Shown here in pieces: positions 31,402 through 43,549 of a stretch of DNA of 64,000 nt (position 1 is the first letter of the stretch; every line of letters starts with the position of its first letter). Under the pieces are notes generated by a model, which had not been told where the DNA came from, searched no databases, and worked only from the letters and a program-made list of their open reading frames with translations. The stretch lies in NCBI GenBank assembly GCA_001599295.1, contig BCGN01000010.1, forward strand, positions 1-64,000. The letters are read 5' to 3'. Made by a program: the position numbers and the translations under genes. The stretch is from Sporopachydermia quercuum. Taxonomy: Eukaryota.

Positions 31402-34152
31402 CTAAAAATCTGCCATATCCACTGCCCAATCAAAATTACCCTGTGATGTACCCCAAAATGAATCATAATCCCATCTCACAGCAGCCCCAGCTTCGGATGG
31501 CCTCTCGTTCAATTCCACTTGCACCGCATGCCCATTTTCAGCCTCTATTTCCATCTCGGCATCCTCTGGAGCCTGCTGATTATCTGCTATCATAGTAATT
31601 TGCCTCATCAATTTAGGTCTCAGTCCAGCTAATCTCTGTTGCATCCAACACTCATCATCGCCGCTTTCACTTCGGGATGAGATTGTGGAGCCCATTATCA
31701 AACTAGGTAATCTCGGCTCTGGGCCATCGTTAAATTCCTCGGTGGCTTTGAACCACGGATGTTCCAATGCTTCCGACGCACTTATCCGCGCTTCGGGATC
31801 CAGAACAAGCATCCGAGATATCAAATCCAACGCATAGTCGGAAACATTATCCCAATATGGAGAATAAAATGCATATTGGGCCGAGAGAATTTGGTCCCGC
31901 ATGCTTGGCGGGGCCAACTCGTCCGAAAATGGCGGGAACCCGCATAAACATATATATAATAATACGCCGGAGCTCCAGAGATCCACAGGTTTCGAATACT
32001 TCCGGGACGGAACATTCTGGTCTCTAGGAGATAGAATCTCGGGTGCCACATAAGCGGGAGTTCCGCATAAAGTTTGAGTGAACTCGTTCTCCCCAACAAC
32101 TTTAGCTAAGCCGAAATCGGCTAATTTAACCGTCAGTTCTCCAGTCACGGAGTTCTGTTGTAGAAGAATGTTTTCCGGTTTTATATCTCGATGGACAATA
32201 AACCGGACATGTAAATAGTCTAAAGCGGAAAGGATTTGCTTGAAAATGCTAATGGTTTCTGGTTCAGATAGGTTCCGCTTTTTAACAATATAATTGAAAA
32301 GTTCTCCGCAATTACAGTACTCTAAAACTAAATGCGACTTCTCCATAGTAATAAATGACTCCTTTAAAGAAAGAAGGTTCGGGTGCTGCAAAGTCAATAG
32401 AACCGAGATTTCATTTTGAACAGAGCCGAGAATCGAGGTAATAGAGTTCCGCTCGGAGCTCCGTTCCGAGCTCTGCGCATTTCCAAAGCCGTCATACTGA
32501 TTAGGCTTCAAACTGCTGTAACTAAAGATCTTCACAGCATAAACTTGGCCCGTCGCTTTTTCTACAGCCCTCCGAACTTGTGCATAATGGCCGTTGCCGA
32601 TAACATCTCCGAGATCGTAACAATCCTGGAAAGCTCGAATGTGTCTCTCCTCTGCGGGATTGTTATTCCGGTACAGTCGAGTTCGGAGTTGCATCCGGGA
32701 TTGAGATTCAGTATTGGGTTCGGTAACTTTAAACATATAGGAAACGTTCGGAGCAATCTGGATCACATCTCCGGAAACTATAAGCATTCTGCTATTTCTG
32801 CCAATCTTAACATTATTGACAAACGTTCCATTGGAGCTTAAATCCACGATGTACGTGTAATAAGTAACAGAAGCTGAGCCACATTCGGGAGCTCCTATGG
32901 CGACATTGTTTCCGGTTTGACTGGTTTGGTGCAAAACGGGTTCAACTAGGATCAAACAATGCCTATTTGAGACATGGCTTTGCGAGATTACGTAATCGCA
33001 TTCTGAATGACGACCAATCAAAAACGCTTGCGATGTTAAGCCTCTTTTTATCAGGATGCGGTCAAGCTCTTGAGCCAGCGGAACCAACCATCCGAAATAT
33101 TCCCGATTCCATTCCCAACTCCCTTGCGAAATTTCTTCAGAGATTTCTTCCGATTGATTGCCTAACACTGGAAATAAGCCACCTTTCGTAGGAGTTATCG
33201 GAGTGGGATTCGCTGAAGATTCCCCATTAAACACACCATCAAAAGCGGATCCGCTATCACTACTGACTGCATTGCCTGCATTGTCTGCATTGCCAATAGA
33301 GCCATTATTGCTACCGCTGCTCTTATTACTGTAGTGATCTCTTGGAATTGAATTTGGATTGAATTCAAATCTGAGTCGTTTACAGCTTCTTATGCCATCG
33401 TCAAAGTTATCGACAGACCTTGGCGAGACTGGAGATGAAAGGACAGAAGCAAAAGAGTCATCTTGTAGCTAAATAAGAAGGAAGGTTAATATTTGATAGT
33501 GAAACATGAGGAAAAGAGAAGGATACTTTGGAAGAAAATCGATATAATGAAATTCTATGATATTGCTTTATGGCTGTATGATAATATTTTTATAGTATCA
33601 TAGTAGTATAAAACGTAGTATGATAAGTTATCCTACAATTGCCATACTTTCTGATAATTATTTACCATCAGAAAGTGTACTATTCCACCATCACAGCCTT
33701 TCACAAGACCTATGATGCATCATAATGATCAAAGTATCATAATCTATCATACAACAGACTAGCAATCTTGTAGATCATTAGAACCATAGAAAAGCCTTAA
33801 TTTTTATCGTGCAATTGAACTGTCAATACTATGATGATAACTCCAGCAATACCAGTAACAATAACAGCAATAACAGCAACTATCATACATAGTGGTTCTG
33901 ATGAAAAGAATTGTAGCCGTTAGATTCGTATCATTCTTTCATCAACAGCTAGCATGTTTATACAATTATTGCCAACTATAACTGATAATGAGTGAAATAA
34001 TTATTACCTCATTAAACCTTCTGGTTCATATAGTACGATAGCAAACAATGAGGTGAAGACATGAGAATATCAATTTGAAGCCATCAGTTCATCTATCAGT
34101 GTGTCATTTGAACATTTATCCTTTAAATACTTACCCTTTTCCTTGTTTCCAT
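31402..34152 (-). CDS. DUN1: FHA-domain Ser/Thr checkpoint kinase Dun1/Chk2-like; exons 34152-34135 and 33468-31402, intron 33469-34134
   Basis: FHA (IGRHSECD, SNRHC) plus kinase with Dun1-like LCGFPPFSDELAPPSMRDQILSAQYAFYSPYW. The frame stays open to a TAG acceptor at 33469; branch point TATTAAC; GTAAGT donor at 34134; phase-0 join gives METRKR|LQDD (~694 aa). Confidence 0.88.
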
Positions 34153-36284
34153 TGTATTTCGACCACAGAGTAGAAACTTGTTCGATAGCTTGTTTAATAG
34201 CTAGTTCCATTGACTTCCTCGTTATAAATTTCCAGATTCACTAATCACTTGCGTTAATTCCGTTGTATACTATCAGCTGAAATTGTAATTCAACTCTTCT
34301 TGTGTTATTAATTAGTAAATCCACTGGACAAACAAGTCGGCTAACAACCAAACTACAACTTGATGATAGGAATTGCAGTGTAGTAGAAATACTTGATTTT
34401 TGTACAGTAACAACAATGATTAACGCCAGGAAAAAATCGTCAGCAGTTGATAAAGCAAATGGTATGAGAAAATGGTAGTATAAACAGGAAATAGTAATAA
34501 ACGATAAGAAATCGCTGTACCTGAGGATTAGCAATAGCAGCAAAGGAATTAATCTCTGAGATGGATCATCAACGAAGCTCAAAGAAAGTAAACAGAAACA
34601 AGACAAATACCTGAGACATAAGACAAATGAAAGGAAAGTGAAATGATTAGGTTATTACCTGTCTTGTACGTCAGATGACTAAGTTGATGCTGGGAGATGA
34701 GGGGATTAGAGTTTAGGAGCTAAATAGCAGGACAGTAATTAATTGGATTAGGAAATTGTTTGTTATGTTTATTTCCTAAGAAGGGAATAGTTAGTGGACG
34801 TAGGATGCAGTTTATTATGAGGAGAAGGAAATGGAACAGATAAGGAACATCAGTATCAATTGAATATCGATCCAGACCATAAAATTTACTAAATACTATA
34901 AACAGCGTGATAGTCATATTTATCTTAGCTTTATAAGTGAAATGAAGTAATCTAGCTGATTTGTTTGCTTGCTATCTACACTACAACCTAATGTCTAATT
35001 ACTGGTATTAGGGCTGAGTTGAATTGAATCGGATCATCAAAAGACAAAATGTATCTTCTCCTATATTTCAGAAATATCTTTTCCGATGTTCAATTTCAGC
35101 TCTAAGATATTCTCTCACATATGAATAAAGATAGTAGAAGATCAATGAGCTTCTAATATCAAAAGTCATTGGAAACACGATTTCAAGAAATCTTTAAGGT
35201 GATTCCAATTATAACATTCAGTATATTATATAGAAACTATTAAATAAGGGTTATTTTACTGGAAGATTACAATTAATTGGACATTCGAATATGTTGATCT
35301 TCCTCAAGTAAACCAATAGACTCAATTACTTTTACACATCGAACGGAACAATGTGTTTATTTATGGGTTCTATTGCTTGTCTTGTAATTCCCCAAGAAAA
35401 CATAAAGCACAAGGTAATCCAGTTTTATTTATCCTTCTTATCCCAGTTCCGGCAGTTCAACTATACAATTAAGAGTGATCCTTAGAATCAGGTTTCCCTT
35501 GTGAAGACCAATGAAAGTCAATATTAAGTTCAAACCCTATTTAAACTGTTCTCTTTTCACATTCCTATTTGAGATTCAAACTTTGGCCTTATTCCCCTTC
35601 TCTTTCTTCCTTCAGCTTTCGAACAATGACTGGCTGCTACTATGATCATAGAACTTAAGCTTCTGTTATTGTCCTTCCGTTGCTGCCATAGCTAATGTTA
35701 ATTTCGATGCTTTCAATTCTTAGTACCAAATTTACTTAAATATATATAGACCTTATAAATATCTTCCATACCTACAATCCATCGTCTACTGGTTATTGAG
35801 CATCTTGTTGAGATGGTTGTATGAAGTTATATTAAACTAGAACTATTATTCTATAATACTATATACTGCTATATATGGAATAAATACAACTATAACAACT
35901 ATAATAACAACATCATACATGTATGCTCCACTCCATATGCAAAAGAGGGTTTATACATAAGAACGAAATGTCATAGTACAGTTGAATTGTTATCAGTATT
36001 GGTATTATTGTTGATGATAGTGGAAAGAGACATTGTGTATTGAGATATTGATTGTTACTTGTTGCTTGTTACTTGGTGGAAGTAACCAAATGAACAAAAT
36101 GATAAATAACAAACAGCATTAATAATTGCTATAGATTTTAAGAATTAGTATAAGACCCAGTAGCAAATTCTCTTGAATCACAATATTGCCAATTCCTTTC
36201 CGCACAGTAGAGAATGAGGTTTCAACCGAATAGCTTACATTCTCACTGCATGTTAATTTTTCATTGGCATTTAACTTCAAGTAG

Positions 36285-39200
36285 TCAATTTCTGTTTTGA
36301 AGAATTCCAAGAGTAATACTATTACTTCTAATTGGTCTATTCTTATTCACATTTAAGATAAATCCTCCTAAATCACTGCTGCTTGATTCATTACTTCCCT
36401 TCACAGAATCTCCTTCATAATCATGACCAGGGTTACAATTTCTGGCATCGCAAGAAAAACAATCATCACTGCCTTTAGTACTTTGAGAATCATGATTTCC
36501 ATTACTTCCGGAATGTTGGACACTATTGCTGCCAACCATAATAGGCGCCATAGCTGTTACGGGACTCATTTCAGAAGATACAGCAGTATTTGGTGCGTTA
36601 CCGGGAATCTTATATTCATCAAAATGGGTATTATGAATAATTCGATTAGTGTTGCGGGAAAAATGATTAATGTATGGACTGTTCGTGCCGTTGTTCATAG
36701 AATTGAACTGCTGCGTCGAAGGGTTCAAAGGGCTTAACGGTGAAACTTCTTGCCTAGGAGGGAACTGTGGATACCGCAAAGGAGACGAATAAGCAGTTGT
36801 TGCAGCACTGGGAGACAGTATTTCTGGGGTAACGGTTTTTTCATATCTTCCAGTAAGAGCATCCTCACTTTCTGGTGATTGAGATAGGCCTATAACAGTG
36901 AATGCATCGTTGTTGTTGACACCTACTCTAACAGCAGTTTGATTCTTAGACACTGGTTTACTATCCGATATGCTCTTGATCCTCGGACTGTCATTGGAGT
37001 CTGCTGACTCCATATTAGCAACCAGAAGGGCCTCTGGTACAGGGATGGCTTCGTTTGTTGATGATGTAGATTTGTTTGATTGAACTGATCCTGTAGATTG
37101 CATACTGACCGAGACAGGTCTCTTTGATGGAGGAGTAGCACGAGAACCGTTAGAAGAAGTATTAGACGTAGTATTTGTATTTGTTGAACTTGTAGCGTTG
37201 CTGACAGCCCTGGTGACAGTGGTGCTGTTACGACCACTGGTACTTGCATTGCTTCTGCTTTTACCACTTTGGAGCCTGCCATTGGGTAAAGCTTTCTTCC
37301 TTACCAGAGGGTCTTTATGTTTTACAACCAATGTTAACTCACCGGCATCGGAGTCGGAGTCAGAGTTTGAATCAGAATCGGAACCCGAGCCGAGATTAGA
37401 GTATGAACCCAAACCAGACTCGCTGCCAGATCCAGCATCAAGATTGGTTGAGAACTTAGCTCTAGCCCGAACCTTGCCTTTTTTTACCCTGCGATTTCTT
37501 CCGCTATCAACACCATCATCGCCCTCCCAATTACCACTATCAACAGTGTTGGTTATGATAGGCGAAAGAGAGTCATGCGTACTGCCTTCATAGCCATCGC
37601 CTTCTCGACTTAAAGCGTCTTCCAAAACGGTCTCTGTATCTTGTTGTTGATAGTCATATAAAGAAGAGTTGCGCATGTTCATACGTGCTTGGCAGTTTGC
37701 TGTATGGTCAGGATAAGTAACAGGAACCAGAGGGATGATGGGTGAGCTGAAAACAAGATTTCTAGACGTGTCTGTTGTGGTCGCAGGATGTACCAGTGCG
37801 GAAGTTGCAGGACCACCAATTGAAGGCTCAACACAGCTGATTGAAGTTCGAAGAGTATCACTAGGTCCCGTAGGTCTTGCACCGTTACCAAGAGCATTCA
37901 AGTCTGCAGTTAATTGATATAAAGTACCTGAGCTTTCCTTCAAAGCGTTTGATTTGTTTAAATCCGTGATCGAGCTGTCGGAAATGTATCCCTCGTTATC
38001 ATCCAACGGAAGGGTATAGTTTCTGGAATTAATACCATGTTTCTCGGGACTTCCATGACTTCTGACTTGGGATCTATCATTACTGCTATTTATCTTTCCA
38101 CCAGTTATTCTCTCCGCTATACTTCTGCTGTTATTTCTTGCATTGAAAGGAGGCGATCTAGGCGGTGAGCAAAGTAAATGACTCAATGAGTCTCGGGCAG
38201 TTGCAGGTCTTGTAGAACTCGATCGTGAACGAGAAGGAGGATGACACTGGCTACTAAAACCATTTTGACTTCTTTCTGATGAGGGAACAGCTACTGAAAA
38301 CAACCCATTATTCATGAATGGGTTGACAGAGAAGGTCCCGGAGCCTGAACGGCTTCTGCCAGAAGATACTGAGTTGATATAATCGCCGGAACTTAGTTTC
38401 TCTATAGCAAACGGAGGAATGGCGCTTCCGAAAGCAGGAAAAGTATTACCGTTGTACCTATTGTTGTGGTTATTGTTGTCAGTATTGGCGATATTGTTAC
38501 CATTACTATTACTTTTAGTATTGGTATTACTACTACTGTTGTTATTGTTCATTATGTTGCTATTGTTAAAGGAAGAAATAGTAGTCCCAGACCCAGTAAC
38601 AGAACTCGAAATAGACGCTCCTATAGATCCTCTATTGCTGCCCCCACCATTTCTTGAAATGCTTATTGTTGTCGCCGATAGTGACACTTTTGGTAACACG
38701 CTATCAGCGTTCAATTGTTTCAAATCCAGTATAGACTTCTCCCCGTCTCGGTGTCTATTCCGTAACACCGTCCGTTGTAACAACTTTTCAGAATTAGACA
38801 CGGTGCCTTTATTGACACTCCTCACATCTCCAGGTGTCGCTGATCCTGGATAACCGGCCGAGGTATTTCTCCCGATGCTTTCGTCTATGCCTAAATCTAG
38901 GTCATCCGAGCCTGAAAATGAACCCGTTGTAGACCCTGATCCTGATGTTGATAAGAAGTTTAGACCACCAGAAGAATGTGTGGTGAGAAACTGCGATGTT
39001 ATGTTAGGGGAACCAGAACCAGAACCAGTTGATGGGTCTTCATTAGAAGCAAGCGAGTCAAAGAAGTCGTTCATAGTTTGAACTTGGGGAGCATCTACTG
39101 GTGAAAGAAAGTTGGAATTGGTATTTAAATGGTCAGTATCTGTCGATGATGCGAATGAAGCTGCTCTGCTGCTGTTGCTGATATTACTGGCAATCCTGTT

Positions 39201-41639
39201 ATAGAAGTTAGGGTCATTACTATTGCTATTGTTATTGTTGATGGTACAGGTGTTCGAATCATCCTGATTAGTGGTAGGATAAGACAGAGAGCTTGTTTGA
39301 TAGCTGGCTCTTCTATGATGCTGAATACTGTTACTGCTATTATGAATACTGTCTCTCCGTCGCAGGGAGGTATTTCTGGAAAGGTTTGATGGTGAAAAGT
39401 CCATTAGATTGAGAAATGGTGAATGTGCTCTGTTGATAGACGATGGAGATCCAACGGTTTTGCTACTGGTAGTATTTGTTGGGTCATTGTCTCCAGTAAC
39501 AGGGGAGTACTTTGTGCCTTCAGAAAGCACAAGAAAATCGTTGCTGGCACTTAGAGGGTCTAACGATGAAGAACTAGAAGTTGCAGACTTCAGTGAGTTG
39601 TTGCCGGTTGGACCAAGTGCATCAAATGCTTGAAGGAAAGAACCACTTTGGTACCGTGACGTATCAAGGCTTGGACTGTTTGAAGAGCTAGTCGAATGGT
39701 CAGTGAGCTGAGCCTTTGATCGTCCTTGTTGTTGTTGTTGTTGCTGCTGATGTCGCTTAGGCTTTTTGAATCCAGCCAGTTGTAGAGCTTTTCGCAACGA
39801 CTGCCGAATCTTCTTTCCAATGCCAAAAGCAACAGCAACTTCCACCTCTTCATTCGTGACTTCGATACGATCTTCTGCATATAATTTGTATGCATTAAGA
39901 AAGTCTTGTTTATCCTGCTCTGAGATGAAATGATTAATAAAGAAAGCATGGGCTTTTACTCCTGCTATATCTATTCTTTGGTCTGGGTTTTTCTTTAAAA
40001 GTCGAACAATCAAATCCTGACCTTCTAACAGGTCTTCTAAAGTGTTGTTTTCATTTATCACGCCCTTATACTCAGGAAACTCCACATTCTTCGTTGATAT
40101 TACGTTGAACAGTTCAAACTCGTTGTCCGCCATGAATGGGACCCTGCCGTAGATCAAACAGTACAACGTCACCCCTAAAGACCAAAGATCTATTTTGTTG
40201 GTGATTCTTGGTTTTGAAGGTTCAGTTATGGTATCTTCTTGCGTTTTCAAAGTACTGCTGGTCGCTGAATTATCATCGTCTGAATCTTTATCAAATAAAT
40301 CACCAGTGTAACAAAGCTCTGGAGCGAAAAATGCTGGGGTTCCTGCTGTTTTAGCAAGCTCTAAATCATCAAACTCAGAAAGGTTAGAAGCAAATGATAC
40401 ACCGAAGTCTGCTATTTTCACCACATCGTCTTTTGATAATAATAGGTTGGCTGGTTTAATATCACGATGAATAATGCCTTGATAATGTAAATACTCCAAT
40501 CCCATAACTACATTCATGAGAGTCTGCCGGGCTTTGGAAATGGTCATTACGGGAGCAATATCTGGGGCATCATTATTGTAGAAATCACCTTCTTCTTGGG
40601 TAGTCCACTTCACTTCTCCTTTTTCCACATATTCTAGTACCATAAAGATCTTGTTGGATTTTGGATAGTCCAACACTTCGCGCAGTCGAACAATGTTCGG
40701 ATGGTCACATTTCTTCATTATAGCAATCTCCCGTTTGATTTTCAATTCCTGGGACTGTTTTCCCGATAGAAAAGAGCCTTCGAATTTGCCTTTACGATCG
40801 ACAATCTTAATAGCAAAAAGCTCTCCGGAGAGAATATCTCTGGCAAGCTTCACTTTACCATGTTGGCCCCTGCCTAATTCTTTCAATATTTCATAGGTAT
40901 TCAGCACTTTCCTGCCGGAGATTGGATCGTATTCCAAGTTTATATGGTGAGTTTCTTTGATTTTTTTGCCATGGCGGAATGAATTAGTATCCCCGGCTGA
41001 AGATGCAAAAGGTGACTGTAAGGAGTTTTCCCGAGCTTTGGAAATGACCGCGCCTGGTGACAGAGACTGAGCATGGCTGTGCGAAAACGCCTGATCATGG
41101 GAATTCGTGCTGGAAATGCTGTTGGAAAGAGTACGAGTAAACCCGTGAGGAACAGCTGGTGTTAGCGAGGATGTGGAATCAGATTTTCTGAGAGCTTTCG
41201 TTGTAATGTCGACTGAATTCAAGGATGTAGAAGACAACGAAGCAGAAGATTCCCTGGCCAGTGTCTGGTTTAACACTTGAGGCTCTATATTTGATCTAGT
41301 AATAGATATCAATGATGGTTGTTTATTGGAAGCACGGAGAGGAGAATTGGTACGAGCAGTTGCTGTGGGTGCACTGCTATTGGTACTACTATTAGTCAGA
41401 GGGGTATAGATCTCGTCATAGCTGTAATGATTACTGATACTGTTGCTGTTACTAATTGTACTATTATTGTCGAGATCAACCCTGAGTTTCAATTGTTGTT
41501 TTAATAGTTTACGCTGATCGTCTTTCGCTTTNGTAGCAGACGTAGAATCAACGCTGGCATTAGCTGCACTAGCAAAACAGCTCTTGCAGCGCATGTTTTC
41601 TGAGTCCTTTGTTATCGGGGCTGCATCTTCTGTAGACAT
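36285..41639 (-). CDS. SAK1: Snf1-activating kinase (Sak1/Ssp1, CaMKK-like) with very long low-complexity tail
   Basis: KETHHINLEYDPISGRKVLNTYEILKELGRGQHGKVKLA, HRDIKPANLL, ELAKTAGTPAFFAPE. Confidence 0.92.
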   Translation of the reverse strand: MSTEDAAPITKDSENMRCKSCFASAANASVDSTSAXKAKDDQRKLLKQQLKLRVDLDNNSTISNSNSISNHYSYDEIYTPLTNSSTNSSAPTATARTNSPLRASNKQPSLISITRSNIEPQVLNQTLARESSASLSSTSLNSVDITTKALRKSDSTSSLTPAVPHGFTRTLSNSISSTNSHDQAFSHSHAQSLSPGAVISKARENSLQSPFASSAGDTNSFRHGKKIKETHHINLEYDPISGRKVLNTYEILKELGRGQHGKVKLARDILSGELFAIKIVDRKGKFEGSFLSGKQSQELKIKREIAIMKKCDHPNIVRLREVLDYPKSNKIFMVLEYVEKGEVKWTTQEEGDFYNNDAPDIAPVMTISKARQTLMNVVMGLEYLHYQGIIHRDIKPANLLLSKDDVVKIADFGVSFASNLSEFDDLELAKTAGTPAFFAPELCYTGDLFDKDSDDDNSATSSTLKTQEDTITEPSKPRITNKIDLWSLGVTLYCLIYGRVPFMADNEFELFNVISTKNVEFPEYKGVINENNTLEDLLEGQDLIVRLLKKNPDQRIDIAGVKAHAFFINHFISEQDKQDFLNAYKLYAEDRIEVTNEEVEVAVAFGIGKKIRQSLRKALQLAGFKKPKRHQQQQQQQQGRSKAQLTDHSTSSSNSPSLDTSRYQSGSFLQAFDALGPTGNNSLKSATSSSSSLDPLSASNDFLVLSEGTKYSPVTGDNDPTNTTSSKTVGSPSSINRAHSPFLNLMDFSPSNLSRNTSLRRRDSIHNSSNSIQHHRRASYQTSSLSYPTTNQDDSNTCTINNNNSNSNDPNFYNRIASNISNSSRAASFASSTDTDHLNTNSNFLSPVDAPQVQTMNDFFDSLASNEDPSTGSGSGSPNITSQFLTTHSSGGLNFLSTSGSGSTTGSFSGSDDLDLGIDESIGRNTSAGYPGSATPGDVRSVNKGTVSNSEKLLQRTVLRNRHRDGEKSILDLKQLNADSVLPKVSLSATTISISRNGGGSNRGSIGASISSSVTGSGTTISSFNNSNIMNNNNSSSNTNTKSNSNGNNIANTDNNNHNNRYNGNTFPAFGSAIPPFAIEKLSSGDYINSVSSGRSRSGSGTFSVNPFMNNGLFSVAVPSSERSQNGFSSQCHPPSRSRSSSTRPATARDSLSHLLCSPPRSPPFNARNNSRSIAERITGGKINSSNDRSQVRSHGSPEKHGINSRNYTLPLDDNEGYISDSSITDLNKSNALKESSGTLYQLTADLNALGNGARPTGPSDTLRTSISCVEPSIGGPATSALVHPATTTDTSRNLVFSSPIIPLVPVTYPDHTANCQARMNMRNSSLYDYQQQDTETVLEDALSREGDGYEGSTHDSLSPIITNTVDSGNWEGDDGVDSGRNRRVKKGKVRARAKFSTNLDAGSGSESGLGSYSNLGSGSDSDSNSDSDSDAGELTLVVKHKDPLVRKKALPNGRLQSGKSRSNASTSGRNSTTVTRAVSNATSSTNTNTTSNTSSNGSRATPPSKRPVSVSMQSTGSVQSNKSTSSTNEAIPVPEALLVANMESADSNDSPRIKSISDSKPVSKNQTAVRVGVNNNDAFTVIGLSQSPESEDALTGRYEKTVTPEILSPSAATTAYSSPLRYPQFPPRQEVSPLSPLNPSTQQFNSMNNGTNSPYINHFSRNTNRIIHNTHFDEYKIPGNAPNTAVSSEMSPVTAMAPIMVGSNSVQHSGSNGNHDSQSTKGSDDCFSCDARNCNPGHDYEGDSVKGSNESSSSDLGGFILNVNKNRPIRSNSITLGILQNRN

Positions 41640-43549
41640 CGTGTAAACAAATATTAACGCAGCAAAGCTTCAGTTGTAAATGAGTTGTCGTTCATGCAAA
41701 TTGATGACCATACGATAAGCCAAATGGACAGGAAAACTATTGAGTTGCCCAATTCACACTCGCAATACAGTGTGGGATAACTTATATCTTGTATTAATTT
41801 TGATTTTTGTTATTTTGAAGGTATTGTAGGTGAGCAAGTGAATTTGGTAGTGCTGTACTGTATATTATCTAACAACAAACGCTTCATTCAACTCGCCGTT
41901 TTGACCCTTGGAAATGAAATTGAATAATCTGAAAAGTACGTCAGTTCATTTATTAGGGTAATAGCTTGTGGATAGCAAAATTGTAGAAAATATACTGCAA
42001 AACACTTGTTTTGATAAAGAGCCGTCGTATGCTGGGTCGTGCAGTTGTTTGCCCTGCTTTTATTGTTTCACTCGCTCAATATTCAGTCACTTGATATGGA
42101 CACAGGCAAACAGGTCAACTGTTCTCGATTCTTACTTAGTACGTGTGTGTGCTTAGCAGTAAAATGCTCTTTCTGATCAACATTCACTCACACAAGCACC
42201 TTTGTCGGTAATTATAAATAGTTTATCTAAAGAATAGTATATTGAAGTAAGTAAAGAGAACAATATCCTCAATTGTAAGGTTGTATGTCAGAATATTAGC
42301 ACAATCGCAGTTTCACAAACTTGAATAGAAAAAAGACTCACACATAACAAAGACGGTATAGCCACATGAAAGAAAAAAAATTGATTACAAAATCAAAAGT
42401 GTAAATAAAGTTATGAAAGACTGCAGATGCAGAACGCACCTTAAATGGCTTTACAACAGAAAACAGTTGGTAAAGTTTATGCACGATCAGATTTGGTATT
42501 TCTGTTTACAGGCTTTGTCTGCAAAGGATCTTTCTTGGTTTAACGTTAGACAAGACAACGGCCTTAGGAGAAGGAATACAAACAAACTGAACTTCACAAG
42601 GACTACTTAGTTTTCAAGGATATTTTTGAGAGTGAGGAAAAAAATGGACAAAACTGCCAAAAGAATTTGAGTGTGATAAAATCAGTTTACAAAAATGCAC
42701 CCTTTTAGCATAACCTTTTCACTTTTCTATGACGTATTTTGTAATTTCATACTCTCACTTGTAAGACTCCACTTAACTCATACAGCAATTAGGTACTAAA
42801 TCGTCGAAAATGTTACATCGAAAAGTTAGAGTTGTAACATAAATATGCATAATTATGCACGCATGATGAAATTACCAACTGTATTCTCAGGAACCTTTGG
42901 ATCAGTTTACGAATTAGGTGTAACTTCCCATTTAAGTTCTACCCTCAGAATGGCAATTATAAGATTAAGTAATCATTTACTAACCAAGTGGGATATAGGG
43001 GACTTGATATTATCATGTAACTAATATTACTCATTCTGTGCTACTCTCTTCTCAAAGTTTACTTTTTCCCCAAACAGGAAATCATATTAACAAACGAAAG
43101 TGGAAACTGGAGAACTCCGGCTTGTTTTTCAGTATATTGACACTTCTTCTGCTGATACCAGTTGAAATTATATGGAGAATTGCCTTTCAAAAGAATAACA
43201 CTGTAGCTAGATAATGCCAAATTCTGGATTTAGATACTACGCACAACGAATCTTCAGGGATACACAAAAAATTTAAGGTACTTGACCTGTGAAACATGAG
43301 TTATTTTCTGTACCAACGTTCTTTCTATTTATGCTGTGTGACTATTTTCTAGAAAGGTCATTCTATTTTACAACTGCTTGGTAAAACTTACGGGAGAATT
43401 CTGCTTTTATCAGAGAGTAAATTGTGTGATTCTGGTTGTATTTATTGATTTAAATTTATCGCAGTCTCAAACAACTTGGAAACTCAAGCACCAAGACCAA
43501 ATCACTGTACGATAGATCCACCAGAGTTGAGACTATCAAGAACGCAGCA

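Noticed and set aside
34241..34917. Hydrophobic minus-strand ORFs (121 and 65 aa) upstream of DUN1
   Set aside because: Composition reflects T-rich promoter/UTR sequence; no motifs.
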